A DNA stretch of 64,000 nucleotides from Octopus sinensis (lineage: Eukaryota). A program made the translations under genes and the position numbers. The DNA lies in assembly GCF_006345805.1 (NCBI RefSeq), contig NC_042999.1, positions 68,138,001-68,202,000 of the forward strand. Reading direction: 5' to 3'. A model generated the notes under the pieces. The model ran no database searches. It saw only the letters and a program-made list of their open reading frames with translations, and was not told the origin of the DNA. Of this stretch, positions 1 through 12,751 are shown in pieces; within the stretch, counting starts at the first letter, position 1, and every line of letters starts with the position of its first letter.

Positions 1-121
1 TCACTGGATATACACAAACAGTTTTGTAAGAGATACATAGAGTGTCTCATTAGCTTCAGAGAGATTGTCTGATTTGGCATCTTTTATCGTTTATTCTTCA
101 CTTGATTCTGTCATTAGACTA

Positions 122-275
<154 letters not shown>

Positions 276-295
276 TAATATATATATATATATGT

Positions 296-602
296 GGAGG
301 TGCAATGGCCCAGTAGTTAGGGCAGCAGACTCACGGTCGTAGGATTGCGGTTTCGATTTCCAGACCGGCATTGTTAGTGTTTATTGAGTGAAAACACCTA
401 AAGCTCTACAAGGCTCCAGCAGGGGGTGGTGGCGATCCCTGCTGTACTTTTTCACCACAACTTTATCTGACTCTTTCTTCTGTTGGCCTGCTCGCTTAGC
501 CAGCGGGGTGTCATCATTTGAAGGCTAAAACAATGTGAAGTGCATTGTGACCAGCGATGTGTAGCACATCTGATAGCCTCATCGTTCACGGTAATCATGG
601 TG
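296..602 (+). mobile_element. tRNA-headed SINE, family C
   Basis: A/B-box-like head ggaggtgcaatggcccagtagttagggcagc...tttcgatttcc; same body at 21797-22068 and same 5' half at 59659-59847. Confidence 0.8.
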
Positions 603-627
603 ATATTGTATATATATATATATATTG

Positions 628-676
<49 letters not shown>

Positions 677-694
677 TGTATATACTGGCATATA

Positions 695-846
695 TACAAT
701 GGTCTTCTTTCAGTTCCTGTCTACTATATCCACTCACAAGGATTTGGTTGGCCCAAGGCATTTGCCCAAAGTGCTATGCAGTGGAACTGAACCCAAAACC
801 ATGTGGTTGAGAAGCAAACTTCTTACCTCACACCCATGCCTGCACC
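695..846 (-). mobile_element. SINE family A (tRNA head, CORE-like block, internal microsatellite), 5' half
   Basis: Reverse complement matches the head of the full copy at 47429-47870. Confidence 0.75.
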
Positions 847-909
847 TGTTCATTTAACATTTTTGATACCATCTGCCTGAAACTGATCCTGCCTTAAGTA
901 ATTTTAAGC

Positions 910-1156
910 CGAATGAATTGACCCCATATTTATTTTTTTTTTAAAGTCTGGTACTTATTCTATCAGGCTCTTTTTGCCAAACTGCTAAGTTCTGAAACAT
1001 ACGAGGATGTAAACACACCAACACCAGTTGTCAAGTGGTGCTGGAGACAATCACAGACATGCACACATACATATGCATACACGCACGCACATGCACACAC
1101 ACATGTGCATACACATGCATGCATACATGTGTATGCACAAATGCATGCACATACGT

Positions 1157-1195
<39 letters not shown>

Positions 1196-1352
1196 ATGGG
1201 TTTCTTTTGGTTTCCGTCCACCAAATCCACACACAGGGCTTTGGTCTGCCCAAGACTATTGTTAAAAAACACTTGCCCAGGGAGCCATGCAGTGGGACTG
1301 AACCTGGAACACTGTGATTGAGAAACAAACATCTTACCATGCAACCACACCT
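910..1352 (-). mobile_element. SINE family A, diverged near-full copy with (CA)n core
   Basis: Both halves align by eye to 11529-11921 and 47429-47870. Confidence 0.75.
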
Positions 1353-1384
1353 GCATCTAAACATTCTGTTAATGTCTTATCAGA

Positions 1385-1553
1385 TACACAGTTTGTGTAA
1401 AAGATATTTATTGTCTCATTAAGTACATAGACAATTTGTGTAAAAGCTACAGCTATTATCTCACTAAATACATCACTTGTGTGAAAGCTACAGATATTAT
1501 TTTGCTAAATACATAGACAGTTTGTGTAAGAGATATAGATATTGTCTAATTAG
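1385..1553. repeat. Degenerate ~45-bp minisatellite, about 4 units, with a further unit at ~9-53
   Basis: Recurrent tacatagacagtttgtgtaa(a/g)agatacagatattgtctcatta-like unit. Confidence 0.65.
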
Positions 1554-2036
1554 GCAGACACCTAGACCAATTAAGCAATGCATAGTTCTCTTATTAGTGC
1601 TAAACTATACCACCATATTGTACCAATTTGCTGTAAAGTGCACTGTGTCATGCTAGTACAAAATGTATTATGCTATGGACAGGGTACATTAGTAATATAA
1701 GAAGCAGATTCATCCCTTTCCTTAAAATAAGTTGATTAGGGAAGAAGTGTTCGTAACTATGACAACTGCTGCATATCTCAGGCTGATGAAATTGATGTTG
1801 TTGATACTCAATCAGAATATATTGATCTGTTGGGGAAACATAGACAACAAGGGACCCCTGGCATCTGAGTAAACCCCACAGAGGGCACCCAGTGATCAGG
1901 TGGTGGTGTTAAAAGGTTGGCATCATATTGGAGCATTGACAGTTTAATATGATGTTTTCCTTGAAGAGCAGCAGAAATTGAAAGAAGCCCGTGATGATGA
2001 TGATGATGATGATAAAAATACATATATATATATATA

Positions 2037-2104
<68 letters not shown>

Positions 2105-2218
2105 CATATATATCTATACATATATATATGTGCATATATATAGATGCGCATATATATATATATATATATACATATATATATGCATATATATGTATATATA
2201 TATATATATATATATTTT

Positions 2219-2260
2219 GAGACACGTGTCTCAATATATATAACGAAATTATATATAACG
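2219..2260. repeat. Right arm of the 42-bp inverted repeat
   Basis: gagacacgtgtctcaatatatataacgaaattatatataacg is the reverse complement of 122-163. Confidence 0.9.
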
Positions 2261-2404
2261 ATAATAACAAAACTTTTTGGGAAATTTCTATCGGCTTGCT
2301 TTCAGGATGTGTGGTTATAGTGATAAATTATATGGTTATTGATAATTAAGTCTATTTTCGGCATATTTGGTATTGAAATTTTTTCTTTTGCCTTGTTTAT
2401 AAGT

Positions 2405-2508
<104 letters not shown>

Positions 2509-3692
2509 TGTGTGTATACATGCATACATATATACATACATACATACATAATTTCAGCAAAACAATTTAGATTCAAAAGAATATGGTACTTAACTTAGAT
2601 GCACCAGAATTTTTTATGGTATTACCGATAAAATTACGTGAGGTGATTATAACCAAGAAAAAAGCAACAAGAATGGATCAGTAGTTTAGTACAATTGTTT
2701 CATACTATAAACATTTTATTTAAAGCTGCAAATATTACAGCAAATATAATGTCAAGTATTCTTCAGCTAAATTTCATATAGGTTTTCCAAACATCTTGGA
2801 GAGTGTAAATATCCTTACGAAGTTATACGAGTGAGTTCCATGAATTTGAAGTAATATTCCAAGCAGACTGTATAAGTTTTCCAATAATACAAAGTTTTTA
2901 AATTAATTATTGATATCCCAGAGAAGATAAATATACTCATAAAGATGTGGGTATAAGTTCCAATCTAACTGTTGCAGACCAAATTCTATAGTAGCATGAA
3001 AGACAGCGGGGTAGGTTTAGCAAGAGCAAAGGACAGCAGGAGAAAAAAATATAATGGGGATGTAAGAAGGAATAAAGATACTACCAAGAAAGGTCAGTCT
3101 ATATCAGTGGTGACAGAATATCTAGGACAGTGTAGAAGGAATCTTAAATTCTTAAAAGAACAGTAAGTTTGACCACTTCCAGTTCTCAACTGAAAAACTC
3201 ACAGAATTAATAGTGGGAATAAGAATACAGGAAGATCAAAGGAAAGCACTAAAGGGGTCATGGGTTATGGGTAGAGAGAGATACAGTAAGAAAATTAAGA
3301 TTAACACTAGAATAGAAGGTTATTTATTTATTGTTGTTTATATTTTAACTTTTGTTTTTATATAGTAAGAAGGAATTTAGGTCAACATCTAGAGGTCAAT
3401 TAAAATCAATAGCAGATGGTAGGGGAATCGTACCTATTTAAAATTTATAGTGAAAATCAAATATATCACTGTATTACATGTTAAATTTAGAATAGAATTA
3501 GGAAAAATTAGCTATTTTTAGATTAAAGTAAGGTTAATTAAATTGACTATAAAGTCAATTAACATAGTACAATTACTATTTAATTTTTATATTAAAAAGG
3601 TGCAGTTAGAAAAAACAACAATAGGAGAACTTGCAAATTTCTATTTGAAATATTTTAAAGTTTTGATTTTTGAGTGAATGCAGGACAGACCC

Positions 3693-4052
3693 AAGGAATA
3701 CATTTCAACAGAAATCTGGTCACAAAAGGGTTAAAATATAATTAGCTACTCTTTTATAAGTTCCAGCCAGTGGCCTGTTGACTATGGCCATGTTAGGCTG
3801 CAAAAATACTGAACGAAAGATTTAAGAATTAAAAAACACAAATTCAATTCTTTAAATAAAATTCTGAAATTAAAGGAATACATTTCAACAGAAATTTGGT
3901 CACAAAAGGGTTCAAATATAATTAGCTACTCTTTTATAAGTTCCAGCCAGTGGCCTGTTGACTATTGCCATGTTAGGCTGCAAAAATACTGAACGAAAGA
4001 TTTAAGAATTAAAAAACACAAATTCAATTCTTTAAATAAAATTCTGAAATTA
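3693..4052. repeat. Tandem duplication, 2 x 180 bp
   Basis: Units start at 3693 and 3873 (aaggaatacatttc...); 3 substitutions seen. Confidence 0.95.
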
Positions 4053-4519
4053 ACTTTTTAACTCTTTTTTTAATAAATTTTTATACCAAAAAAAAACAGC
4101 TTCTGGTATTAAAAGTGTTTAATTGAATTTCAAGTAATTATCTTTGGCAAGTTTCATGTTAGATTATTAATGTACTAAAGAACATCCTAGAATATTCTTT
4201 TAACAATGCCTTTGTAATATTCTAAACATTTCCATTTCCATTTCTTTCTTTCTTTTTTTTATTTTGTAATTGTATTTCTGAAATATGAAAGAATGCAAAT
4301 CAAGTTGCAAATTGAATTCAACTTTAATTTAAATCTACAGTGAATAAATATTATTATATTGAAAAGATGTGAAGAGACAACTTCAGTTGTACAGAAGACT
4401 AAAGATATTCTAAGTGATTCCCATCAAGGTAGTGAAGCAGGGAAGCAGAGAGCGCGTGTCTGTGAGGGACGGGGAAGGAGATGAAAGTGGTTAAGTTAAA
4501 GCTGAATCTAAAATATCCT

Positions 4520-4770
4520 CATCATCATCATCATCATTGTTGTCATCTTCGTTGTTTAGCATCCACTTTTCTATGCTTGCATGGGTCAGATTTCCTGTAG
4601 CTGGATGCCCTTCCTGTTGGAGAATCCTCACCTGTTTCCAAGAAAGGTATCATTTCCTCATGACCATACATTATTTCCAAGGAAGACTGCAAATGAAAGG
4701 TACCGCTTTCATATTGGTAACATTCGTTTACTGTAATCACAAGAAGTCAAGCCAAGAAGACAGTGACAAA
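4520..4770 (-). mobile_element. Short element with RTE-type (GAT)n tail
   Basis: (cat)n, tgcttgcatgggtc and gtagctggatgcccttcct shared with the RTE 3' end. Confidence 0.55.
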
Positions 4771-5633
4771 CACACACACACACAAACACAGATGCACACT
4801 CACATGCAGATACACACACATGCACATACATATGCACACACAAACACACACACACACACACGCATACATATATAGGGTTGCCCAAAAGTCACCTGACAGC
4901 AAATCAAAACCATTTAATTCCAAGATTTTTTTTTATGTTTAACAAGTGAATGAATTTAATAAAAGCATCTAAATATGCAACATCATGAAAATAGTTCAAA
5001 CTGAAGTCCTTCTTGAGTGACACGTTTTTCCATTTGAGTCAATATATACAGAATTACAGATAATATTTGTGTAATTTTGGTTTACTCATGGGCGGCTTTG
5101 GGCCAATCCTGTACATATACACATGTTAGTGTAGCAATTCATATTGGCACTACTTTGCGATGGTAGCTTAATTTAGTCATTTTGCTTAAACTAACCAATC
5201 ACTGCTGGCCGCAGAAGGATACACGCAGCCCGGGCAGTGAAGCGCAAGTTTTAAAAAGAAAAGCCAGTAGTCAAGTAGATTGGACATGGTAAGCAGGTTA
5301 GATGAGCTTCGGCCTGGCAGGACTTTGATCAGAAATTAGCACTCATCAATGGAAAGACTTCTACCTTAATGCTCCGACTTTTTTTTTTTCCAATTCATGG
5401 GAATATATTAAGGAATGAACATTTGTTTACTGCTCCTGATTGGGAAGGCTGATATCTACGATACACAGATTGAAAAAATTATTGATGAATTAACACTTGA
5501 TTCCTTCCTGATTATCGGAAAGGCTTACCTGCAAAGCTCCGGTAATATCTTGATTGCACCAGAATAAATTCTCAGGTTTGTTAACCAAAGCAGAACACTG
5601 TCTCCTCGTATTTTATTGTGCTTTTTATGCAAA

Positions 5634-5664
<31 letters not shown>

Positions 5665-5826
5665 GTTTAACGTCCGTTTTCCGCGCTAGCACGGGTTGGA
5701 CAGTTTGACCGGGGTCTGGGAAGCCAGGGGCTGCTCCAGGCTCCAGTCTGATCTGGCAGAGTTTCTATGGCTGGATGCCCTTCCTAACGCCAACCACTCC
5801 GCGAGTGGAGTGGGTGCTTTTTTACT
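5634..5826 (-). mobile_element. RTE LINE 3' tail fragment
   Basis: Reverse complement of the 16500-16669 end (cgtttaacgtccg...ctggatgcccttcctaacgccaaccactcc). Confidence 0.85.
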
Positions 5827-6086
5827 AGCCTTCTGACATGCACTCATTCAAATAGGTACCCCGCATTAACCAACATCTCCTTTGCCACTCTACCATAGAA
5901 AACGGATATTAACTGATTATGATGAAGACATATACATACATTTATATCTATGTAAGCATGTTGTTCTCTTTCCCTTTTTAATTCAGAGTAAATTCTGACT
6001 GGTCACCTACTTGGTAGCAAGGTTGTGAAAAAAAAAAGTGTCATGTTTTAACCATCATGCTTTATGCATGACATGTACATACATAC

Positions 6087-6278
6087 GTGGAACTTTGCGT
6101 GGGACCTTGCGTGGAACCTTACGTGGCACCTTGCATGGAACCTTGCATGGAATCTAGTATGCCACCTTGCATGGCACCTTGCGTGGAACCTTACGCGGAA
6201 CCTTGCATGGTACCTTGCATGGCACTTTGCATGGAATCTGGTATGGCACCTTGTGTGACACCTAGTGTGGTACCTTGT
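6087..6278. repeat. 12-bp minisatellite (16 units) grading into SINE A sequence
   Basis: Unit (a/g)tgg(a/c)accttgc; the array continues as ...aaatgtcttctac, as in the SINE A body. Confidence 0.85.
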
Positions 6279-7330
6279 GCAAATGTCTTCTACTTATAAC
6301 CCCAGGCCCAAGAGCAAAGACAAAAAAACCGCAACAACAACAACAATCCTTTCTACCAAAAGGCACATGGCCTGAAGTTTTAGTTGGAGAAAAGCACCAT
6401 CCAAGTATGACCAATGCCAATGCCACCTGACTGGCACTAAAAAGCTCCATTCAAGCCTGGCCTATACCAGTGCCACCTGAGTGGCTCCTGTCATGGTGGC
6501 ATGTAAAAGCACCCACTACACTCCAGCTGTAGAAACCTTGCCAAATTAGACTCAGTGGAGTGAAGAGGGGAGACTGGTATGCATGGGTGACTACTGGTCT
6601 TTTATAAACAACCTTTCCCGGACTTGCACCTCGGAGGGGAACTTTCTGTGTGCAATCCCTTTACCTCTGCCTTACCTTTTCCCAAGACACCTTATTGTAG
6701 CATTGTGGTATGTGTGCCTCAGTGCTATGATAGCAGAGTGCAAGCTCCTACAAGAGCCTCTCACACTGGACAAGTCAAAGGACAGAGGCAGCCCTGGGTT
6801 AACCATTAAGCAGAAGAAGCCCATGCTTAGGGCACTAAGGGTAGGGAGATAACTACAGAAATGATTAGTAGTTTACAGCACAAAAGAAATTGCTTTAAAC
6901 TTGCTAAAACAATATTCAAAGTGGTTTATACAATCAGAAATATGATTTCAAAGTGATCAAAGAATTAGCAATTCAAAAAATGAGAATTTTTTTCAAATAT
7001 AAATAAAGAGGAAGTATACAAAAATAAATATTATTTTCCATCTCACTGTTTCGTTTTGTTTCATTAAAAAAAATAAAAATTGATTTCATGTTTTGTTATT
7101 GTTTATATTTTGAATTATTTATATACGGAGGCACCAACATTTTTTCAAGTGCTTAGGGTTTTAATGGGTATTAATCTGGCCTTTGATAGAGGCCAGATTA
7201 ATATGAAACCCTTCTACACAGAAGGGAAAGTGGGTTTGTGTAGAGCCATCATCGCTATCTAAGAGAAAAAAAACAATGTTACAGAGAAGCATTGATGACA
7301 ATTTAAAACCAACAGGACAAAGGAAAAGAT

Positions 7331-7470
7331 GTTCAAATTCCACTGAAGTCGACTTTGCCTTTCATCCTTTCGGGGTCAATAAAATAATTAGTAGTAGACC
7401 ACTGGCTAGGTCAATGAAATGGACTTAACCCTTCCTCTGGCATTGCTAGCCTTGAGCCAAAATTTGAAAT
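7331..7470 (+). mobile_element. SINE family B fragment (central block resembling the Nin/Deu SINE domain)
   Basis: gttcaaattcc...gtcgactttgcctttcatcctttcggggtcaataaaat. Confidence 0.7.
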
Positions 7471-8419
7471 GAGTATAGTCACAAGCCAACATAAACACAT
7501 TCTTTTCTTTCTCACCCTTCATTCAATGAGACATCCAGGATGTGGAAATTGGAGAGAGAGGTGGCTGCACCAGCATTTGGCTGGTTGTAATTTCACCTAA
7601 GTAGACTGCAGCAGCATAAAAATGAAGAGACTTGCTCAAGAACATAACAGGCTATCCAGCCCAGAATTCAAACCCACAAACTTACAAGCCAGAACCCCAA
7701 TACCCTAGACAGGACACTAAGCCAGAACTGAAACAAACAGGAAACCAACTGGAGTGAAAGAGGAAGACACCCCAGAGTCAAGTCAAGAACAGTGAGCAAC
7801 GGTCATCGGTCATCAATAGCCTCTGCTCCCTAGGGAGCAAAGTGCCTAAGTAAAAGCATTTATGGGAAGAAATTTGCTGATTCGATCAACACCAATATTT
7901 GATTGGTATTTTATTTTATTATCCTCGGAGGGATTTGAGGCCAAAAACATAAAGAGTTGGAACAATTACATCAAAGCATTTTGTTTTTATTATATTCTGA
8001 TGGTTCTTCCAGTTAGTTGCCTTCCAAAGTAATAACAATAACAACATCACTATCATTAAACTGTAAAATATTCTAATGTTTTATTTTGTGAAGTTCATAG
8101 ATAAGCACAGGTATGCCTGGGTGATTGAGAAGCTTGCCTGTCGACCTTGTGGACTTTGGTTCAATCCCAGTGAGTGGCACTTTGGGCAATTGTCTTTTGT
8201 TATAGCCCTGAGTCAACAAAAACCTTATGAGGCGATTTGGTAGATGGAAACTGAAAGAAGACTGTTGCATGCATACATATATACATGTGTGTGCATGTGC
8301 GTGTGCTCCTGTCTTGATATTTTGATACTGGTAAATGAGAATCTGTTATTTGCTAACAATCTGTGATGCTGACAGCTAAGTGGACACATAAACATAAGTT
8401 TGAGGGACTGAATGCAAGC

Positions 8420-9520
8420 CACCAATCCTCTCAGAGTGAAAGGCAGATTGTTTGATGACTGTGTGCAAACAACTGTGCTGCATGGCAGCGAAATATGGGC
8501 TATGACAGGCATAGGCTTCAGAGAAATGAAGCCAGTATGCTTCGCTGGATGTGCAATGTCAGTGTGCATGCATGACAGAGTGTAAGCATCTTGAGATAAA
8601 AGTTAGGCATAAGAGGAATCAGATATGGTGTGCAAGAGAGACGACTGTGCTGGTATGGTCATGTGATGTGTATGCACAAGAAAAGCTGTGTAAAGAAGTG
8701 CCTATTTCTAACTGTGGAGGGAACCTGTGGTAGAGGTAGACCCAGAAAGACATGGGATGAGGTGATGAAGCATAATCTTCAAACTTTGAATCTCACAGGG
8801 GCAATGACTAGTGAACGAGTCCTTTGGCAATGTGCTCTGCTTAAGAGGACTCATCAAGCCAAGTGCACCCGTGCTGGTAGCATGTAAAAAATCAACCTTT
8901 GAATGTTGAGCCTGATGGAAGCAAAGTGGCTGAGTTCTTTTCAAGCATTGGCCTCATAGAGGTATAGTCATTGAGTTCCTTTCGAGTGTTGGGTCTCATG
9001 GAGGTGAGGTGGCTGAGTCCCTTTTCAGCATTGGGCCTTATGGAGGCAAGGACCAAGACCTTGGGCATTATATCGTGCTTGAGAAGACCCATCAAGCCGA
9101 GCAAGCTCACAGACGTGGCAGATACTGGTGTTACACGAGAGTGTAGAAAGTGCTTTTACGTGCCACCAGCACGAGGGCCAGTCTGGCGGTATTGGCAATG
9201 GCCACACTCGAAATGGTGTTTTTTATGTGTCACCAGCACAGGAGTCAGTCCAGCGGCACTGGCAATGACCTCACTCGAATGTTTTGTTCACATGCCAGTA
9301 AAGCGACACTGGTAACGATCATGCTCAGATGGTGCTTTTTATGTGCCACCGGCACGGAAACCAGACAGCTGCTCTGACAGTGATCTCGCTCGGATGGAGC
9401 TGTTAGCACTCCACTGGCAAGGGTACCAGTCATCGAATTTGGTTCAATTTCGATTTCACTTGCCCCAACAGGTCTTCACAAGCAGAGTTTAGTGTCCAAT
9501 GAAGGGAGGTTGACATGGGT
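8420..9520 (+). mobile_element. Old RTE LINE fragment: RT C-terminus and 3' UTR
   Basis: QERRLCWYGHVM...EGTCGRGRPRKTWDEVMKHNLQTL, homologous to 15550-15822, followed by UTR-type repeats. Confidence 0.85.
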
Positions 9521-9547
9521 GCCATTCGTCAAATTTGGTTCGATTTC

Positions 9548-9686
9548 GATCGTCATAGCGCTGACTGTGGGCTGGTAGTGGTAGACAGTTGCCCCACTGG
9601 CGCTCAGACCGAGGTCTGATCGCCATAGCACTGACTGCAGGCTGGTAGTAGTAGACAGTCACCCCAATGGTGCCCAGACCGAGGTG
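9548..9686. repeat. Tandem duplication, 2 x 70 bp
   Basis: gatcg(t/c)catagc(g/a)ctgactg...cagaccgaggt starts at 9548 and 9618. Confidence 0.85.
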
Positions 9687-10764
9687 CCATGCAGTGGGGA
9701 AATGTACTTATGAAGTGAGTTTCTTACCACACCTATTTATTTATTCCATCCACTTCTTCAGAACCAAAGAGACGAAAGAAATGCTAAGAGTCACCAAAAC
9801 ATGATTATTGCAGTAGTTTGACTTACACATGAGCAGATGTGTACACACAAACAAACACAGACACACATGCACACACACACACACATGCACACTGACATAC
9901 ATACATTCACACACATACAGTCACACACGATGACAGATCGACATGCATGCACATACACAAGCACAAACACTGACACACACACATACACATTAATACATAC
10001 ATAGACACTCTGACATACACTAACACACACTGACATGCACTAACACACAAACACACACACATACATACACAGACATGCACACACACACACACTAACACAT
10101 ACACACTCACACACACACACACACACACAACACACATGCATGCACACATACACACTAACATGCGTAGATCACCCTTGCATCTCTGTGATAAAGTGTGATC
10201 TAAAATCTAGCATTAATTCATTTAATCAGTCGACAAATAAGATCAAAGAAGCTGAAAATGGATTTCTATCCATTAAAATTTCTAATCATTAAAACAAAAT
10301 GGGATTACCATAAATTTACATTCAATAAAATTTGTTTTCATTAAAATTCATATCCTTAAAAACGTGTGCCCATTAAAATCAATATACCCATTAATGTGTG
10401 TATCTATTAAAATGTGCATTGGTTAAAATGTGCATTGGTTAAAATTTGTATCACTTAAACTATATATATCTGTGAAAATGTGTGCTCAATAAAAAGCACA
10501 TACATTTCAACATTTGTTGTATCTATTAAAAGCTGTACCCATTAAAATCTGAATCCATTAAATTTTTTAATGCTACACATAGGTGAAGGTCTATCTGAAA
10601 TAGTTAAGAAGGTTGCTTTGTGACCAAATGGTTTCTGGTTCTGCCCTACTGTGTGGCAACATGGGCATGCATCTTCTGCAATACCTTCAGGCTGACCAAT
10701 GCCTTGTGAGCAAATTTGGTAGATGGAAACTGCAAGGGAGTCTGTTGTATATATTTCAACATGT

Positions 10765-10967
10765 GACCTTGTAAGCACCGCCAGCAATTTTTTTCCTCTG
10801 TCTTCCCTTCTCGGGATCTTTCCTTCTCCTTTGTTTCCGACGAAGATCTCCGCTCGAAACGTCAAACCCTCCTTCTTCCCTTCTTTCCTGAGCATCCAAT
10901 AATACTTTATTTGTTCCACGTCCTCGCGTTGCTGTGTTTTTTTTGTGTTTTCTTGTTTGGATTAACT
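10765..10967 (+). mobile_element. Family D ~200-bp element with hammerhead-like motif (copy D1)
   Basis: Homologous to 12500-12700, 23452-23588 and 62930-63125; motif 10833-10867 gttt-ccgacga-a-gatc-tcc-gctc-gaaac-gtc-aaac. Confidence 0.75.
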
Positions 10968-10983
10968 ATATATATATATATAT

Positions 10984-11017
<34 letters not shown>

Positions 11018-11108
11018 ATATATATAGATAGATAGATAGATAGATAGATATATAGATATATATACATATATATAATAATAATATTAGGGAGTATGTATTA
11101 TGTATGTA

Positions 11109-11139
<31 letters not shown>

Positions 11140-11528
11140 ATGTATGTATGTATGTATGTATGTATGTATGTATGTATGTATGTATGTATGTTTGTGAGTC
11201 TTGGACATTTACCCCCATGGGCATATAACCCCACAAGGACAATTACCTCTGAGGACAACAGATGATGATTTAAAACTTATATATTGGAGAGGGGGTAATT
11301 AACCAAGGCAGAATAATTGCCTTAGGGGGTAGTCATCATCTAGGGGAATTGTCCTAGAGGGGGTAATTGTCCTGATACGATGTATGTAAATATGTATTCA
11401 TACATGTAAGTATGTATGCATGTATGTATGTATGTATGTATGCATGTATGTATGCATGTATATATGTATGTATGTATGTATGTACATATGTATATGTGTG
11501 TGTGTGAGAGGGTACATATTTGTCTCTC

Positions 11529-11921
11529 TTTTTACTTACTTGTTTCAATCATTTGACTGCGGCCATGCTGGAGCACCGCCGTTAGTCAAGCAAATTGACT
11601 CCAGGACTTTTCTTTGTAAGCCTAGTACTTATTCTATCGGTCTCTTTTGCTGAAACGCTAAGTTACGGGCATGTAAACACACTGGCATCACTTGTCAAGT
11701 GATGTTGGAGGGACAAACACAGACACACACATATATATAATATACATATACATATATACGAAGGGCTTCTTTTCAGTTTCCGTCTACCAAATCCATTCAC
11801 AAGGCTTTGGTCGACCTGAGGCTATAGTAGAAGACACTTGCCCAAGGTATCATGCAGTGGAACTGAACCCGGAACCATGTGGTTGGTAAGCAAGCTACTT
11901 ACAACACAGCCACTCCTGCAT
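11529..11921 (-). mobile_element. SINE family A, full length
   Basis: Complete head, microsatellite core and tail versus 47429-47870. Confidence 0.9.
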
Positions 11922-12310
11922 GTATATCTTGACATGTGTCTTTGTCCTTATGTTAGTTCTCCACACCCTCCTGGCAACCGATGTTGGTTTGTTTATGATT
12001 TGTAACATAGCAGTTTGGCAAAAGAGAACGCTAGAATAAATAACAGACCTAAAATCGAAAAGAATAAGTGATGGGGTCGATTTCTTTGACTAGAATCCTT
12101 CATGATGGTGCTCCAGCATGACTGTTGTTTTGTGACAGAAACAAGTAAAAAATAAAAGATCACATAAGGCTATCATCGACCTTCTGATAAAATAATTGCA
12201 ATTAAACTCAAAGGCTTTGTATCATTTGAAGCTCACTGGTCAAAAGAGAAGCCAATTAATGCTTGTTATTAATTCAAAGTGTATTTTCATAGAAATAATC
12301 AATAATTAGG

Positions 12311-12465
12311 TGGAGGAGTGATAAGTAGCTTGCTTACTAACCACATGGTTCTGGGTTCAGTCTCACTGTGTGGCACCTTGGGCAAGTGCCTTCTACTATA
12401 GGCTCAGGCTGACCAAAGCCTTGTGAGTGGATTTAGTAGATGGAAACTGAAAGAAGCCTGTCATA
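12311..12465 (+). mobile_element. SINE family A, 5' half
   Basis: gataagtagcttgcttactaaccacatggttctgggttcagtc...gaaactgaaagaagcc. Confidence 0.85.
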
Positions 12466-12499
12466 TATATATACATATATATATTATATATATCAATAT

Positions 12500-12696
12500 G
12501 TGACTGCGTATCTATCGTTGGCGATTTTCTTTCTCTGTCTTCCCTTCCTTGGACCTTTCCTTTTTCTGTTTCTGATGAATAGCTCCACTTGAAACGCTAA
12601 ATCCTCCTTCTTTCTTTCCTTTCCTGAGTGTCCAATAACACTATACTTGTTCCATGTTCTCACATTGTTGTGTTTTCTCTTTGTTCATGTTTTGAT

Positions 12697-12700
<4 letters not shown>
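12500..12700 (+). mobile_element. Family D element (copy D2)
   Basis: Motif 12568-12602 gttt-ctgatga-a-tagc-tcc-actt-gaaac-gct-aaat; flanked by (TA)n. Confidence 0.75.

Positions 12701-12750
<50 letters not shown>

Positions 12751-12751
<1 letters not shown>

Noticed and set aside
296-365. tRNA-like heads here and at 21797, 47429 and 59659
   Set aside because: A/B-box-like motifs run into repeated SINE bodies and no complete cloverleaf could be drawn.
2560-3600. Purine-skewed region suggestive of an ancient LINE or Penelope ORF on the minus strand
   Set aside because: Multiple stops in all frames and no motif I could identify with confidence.
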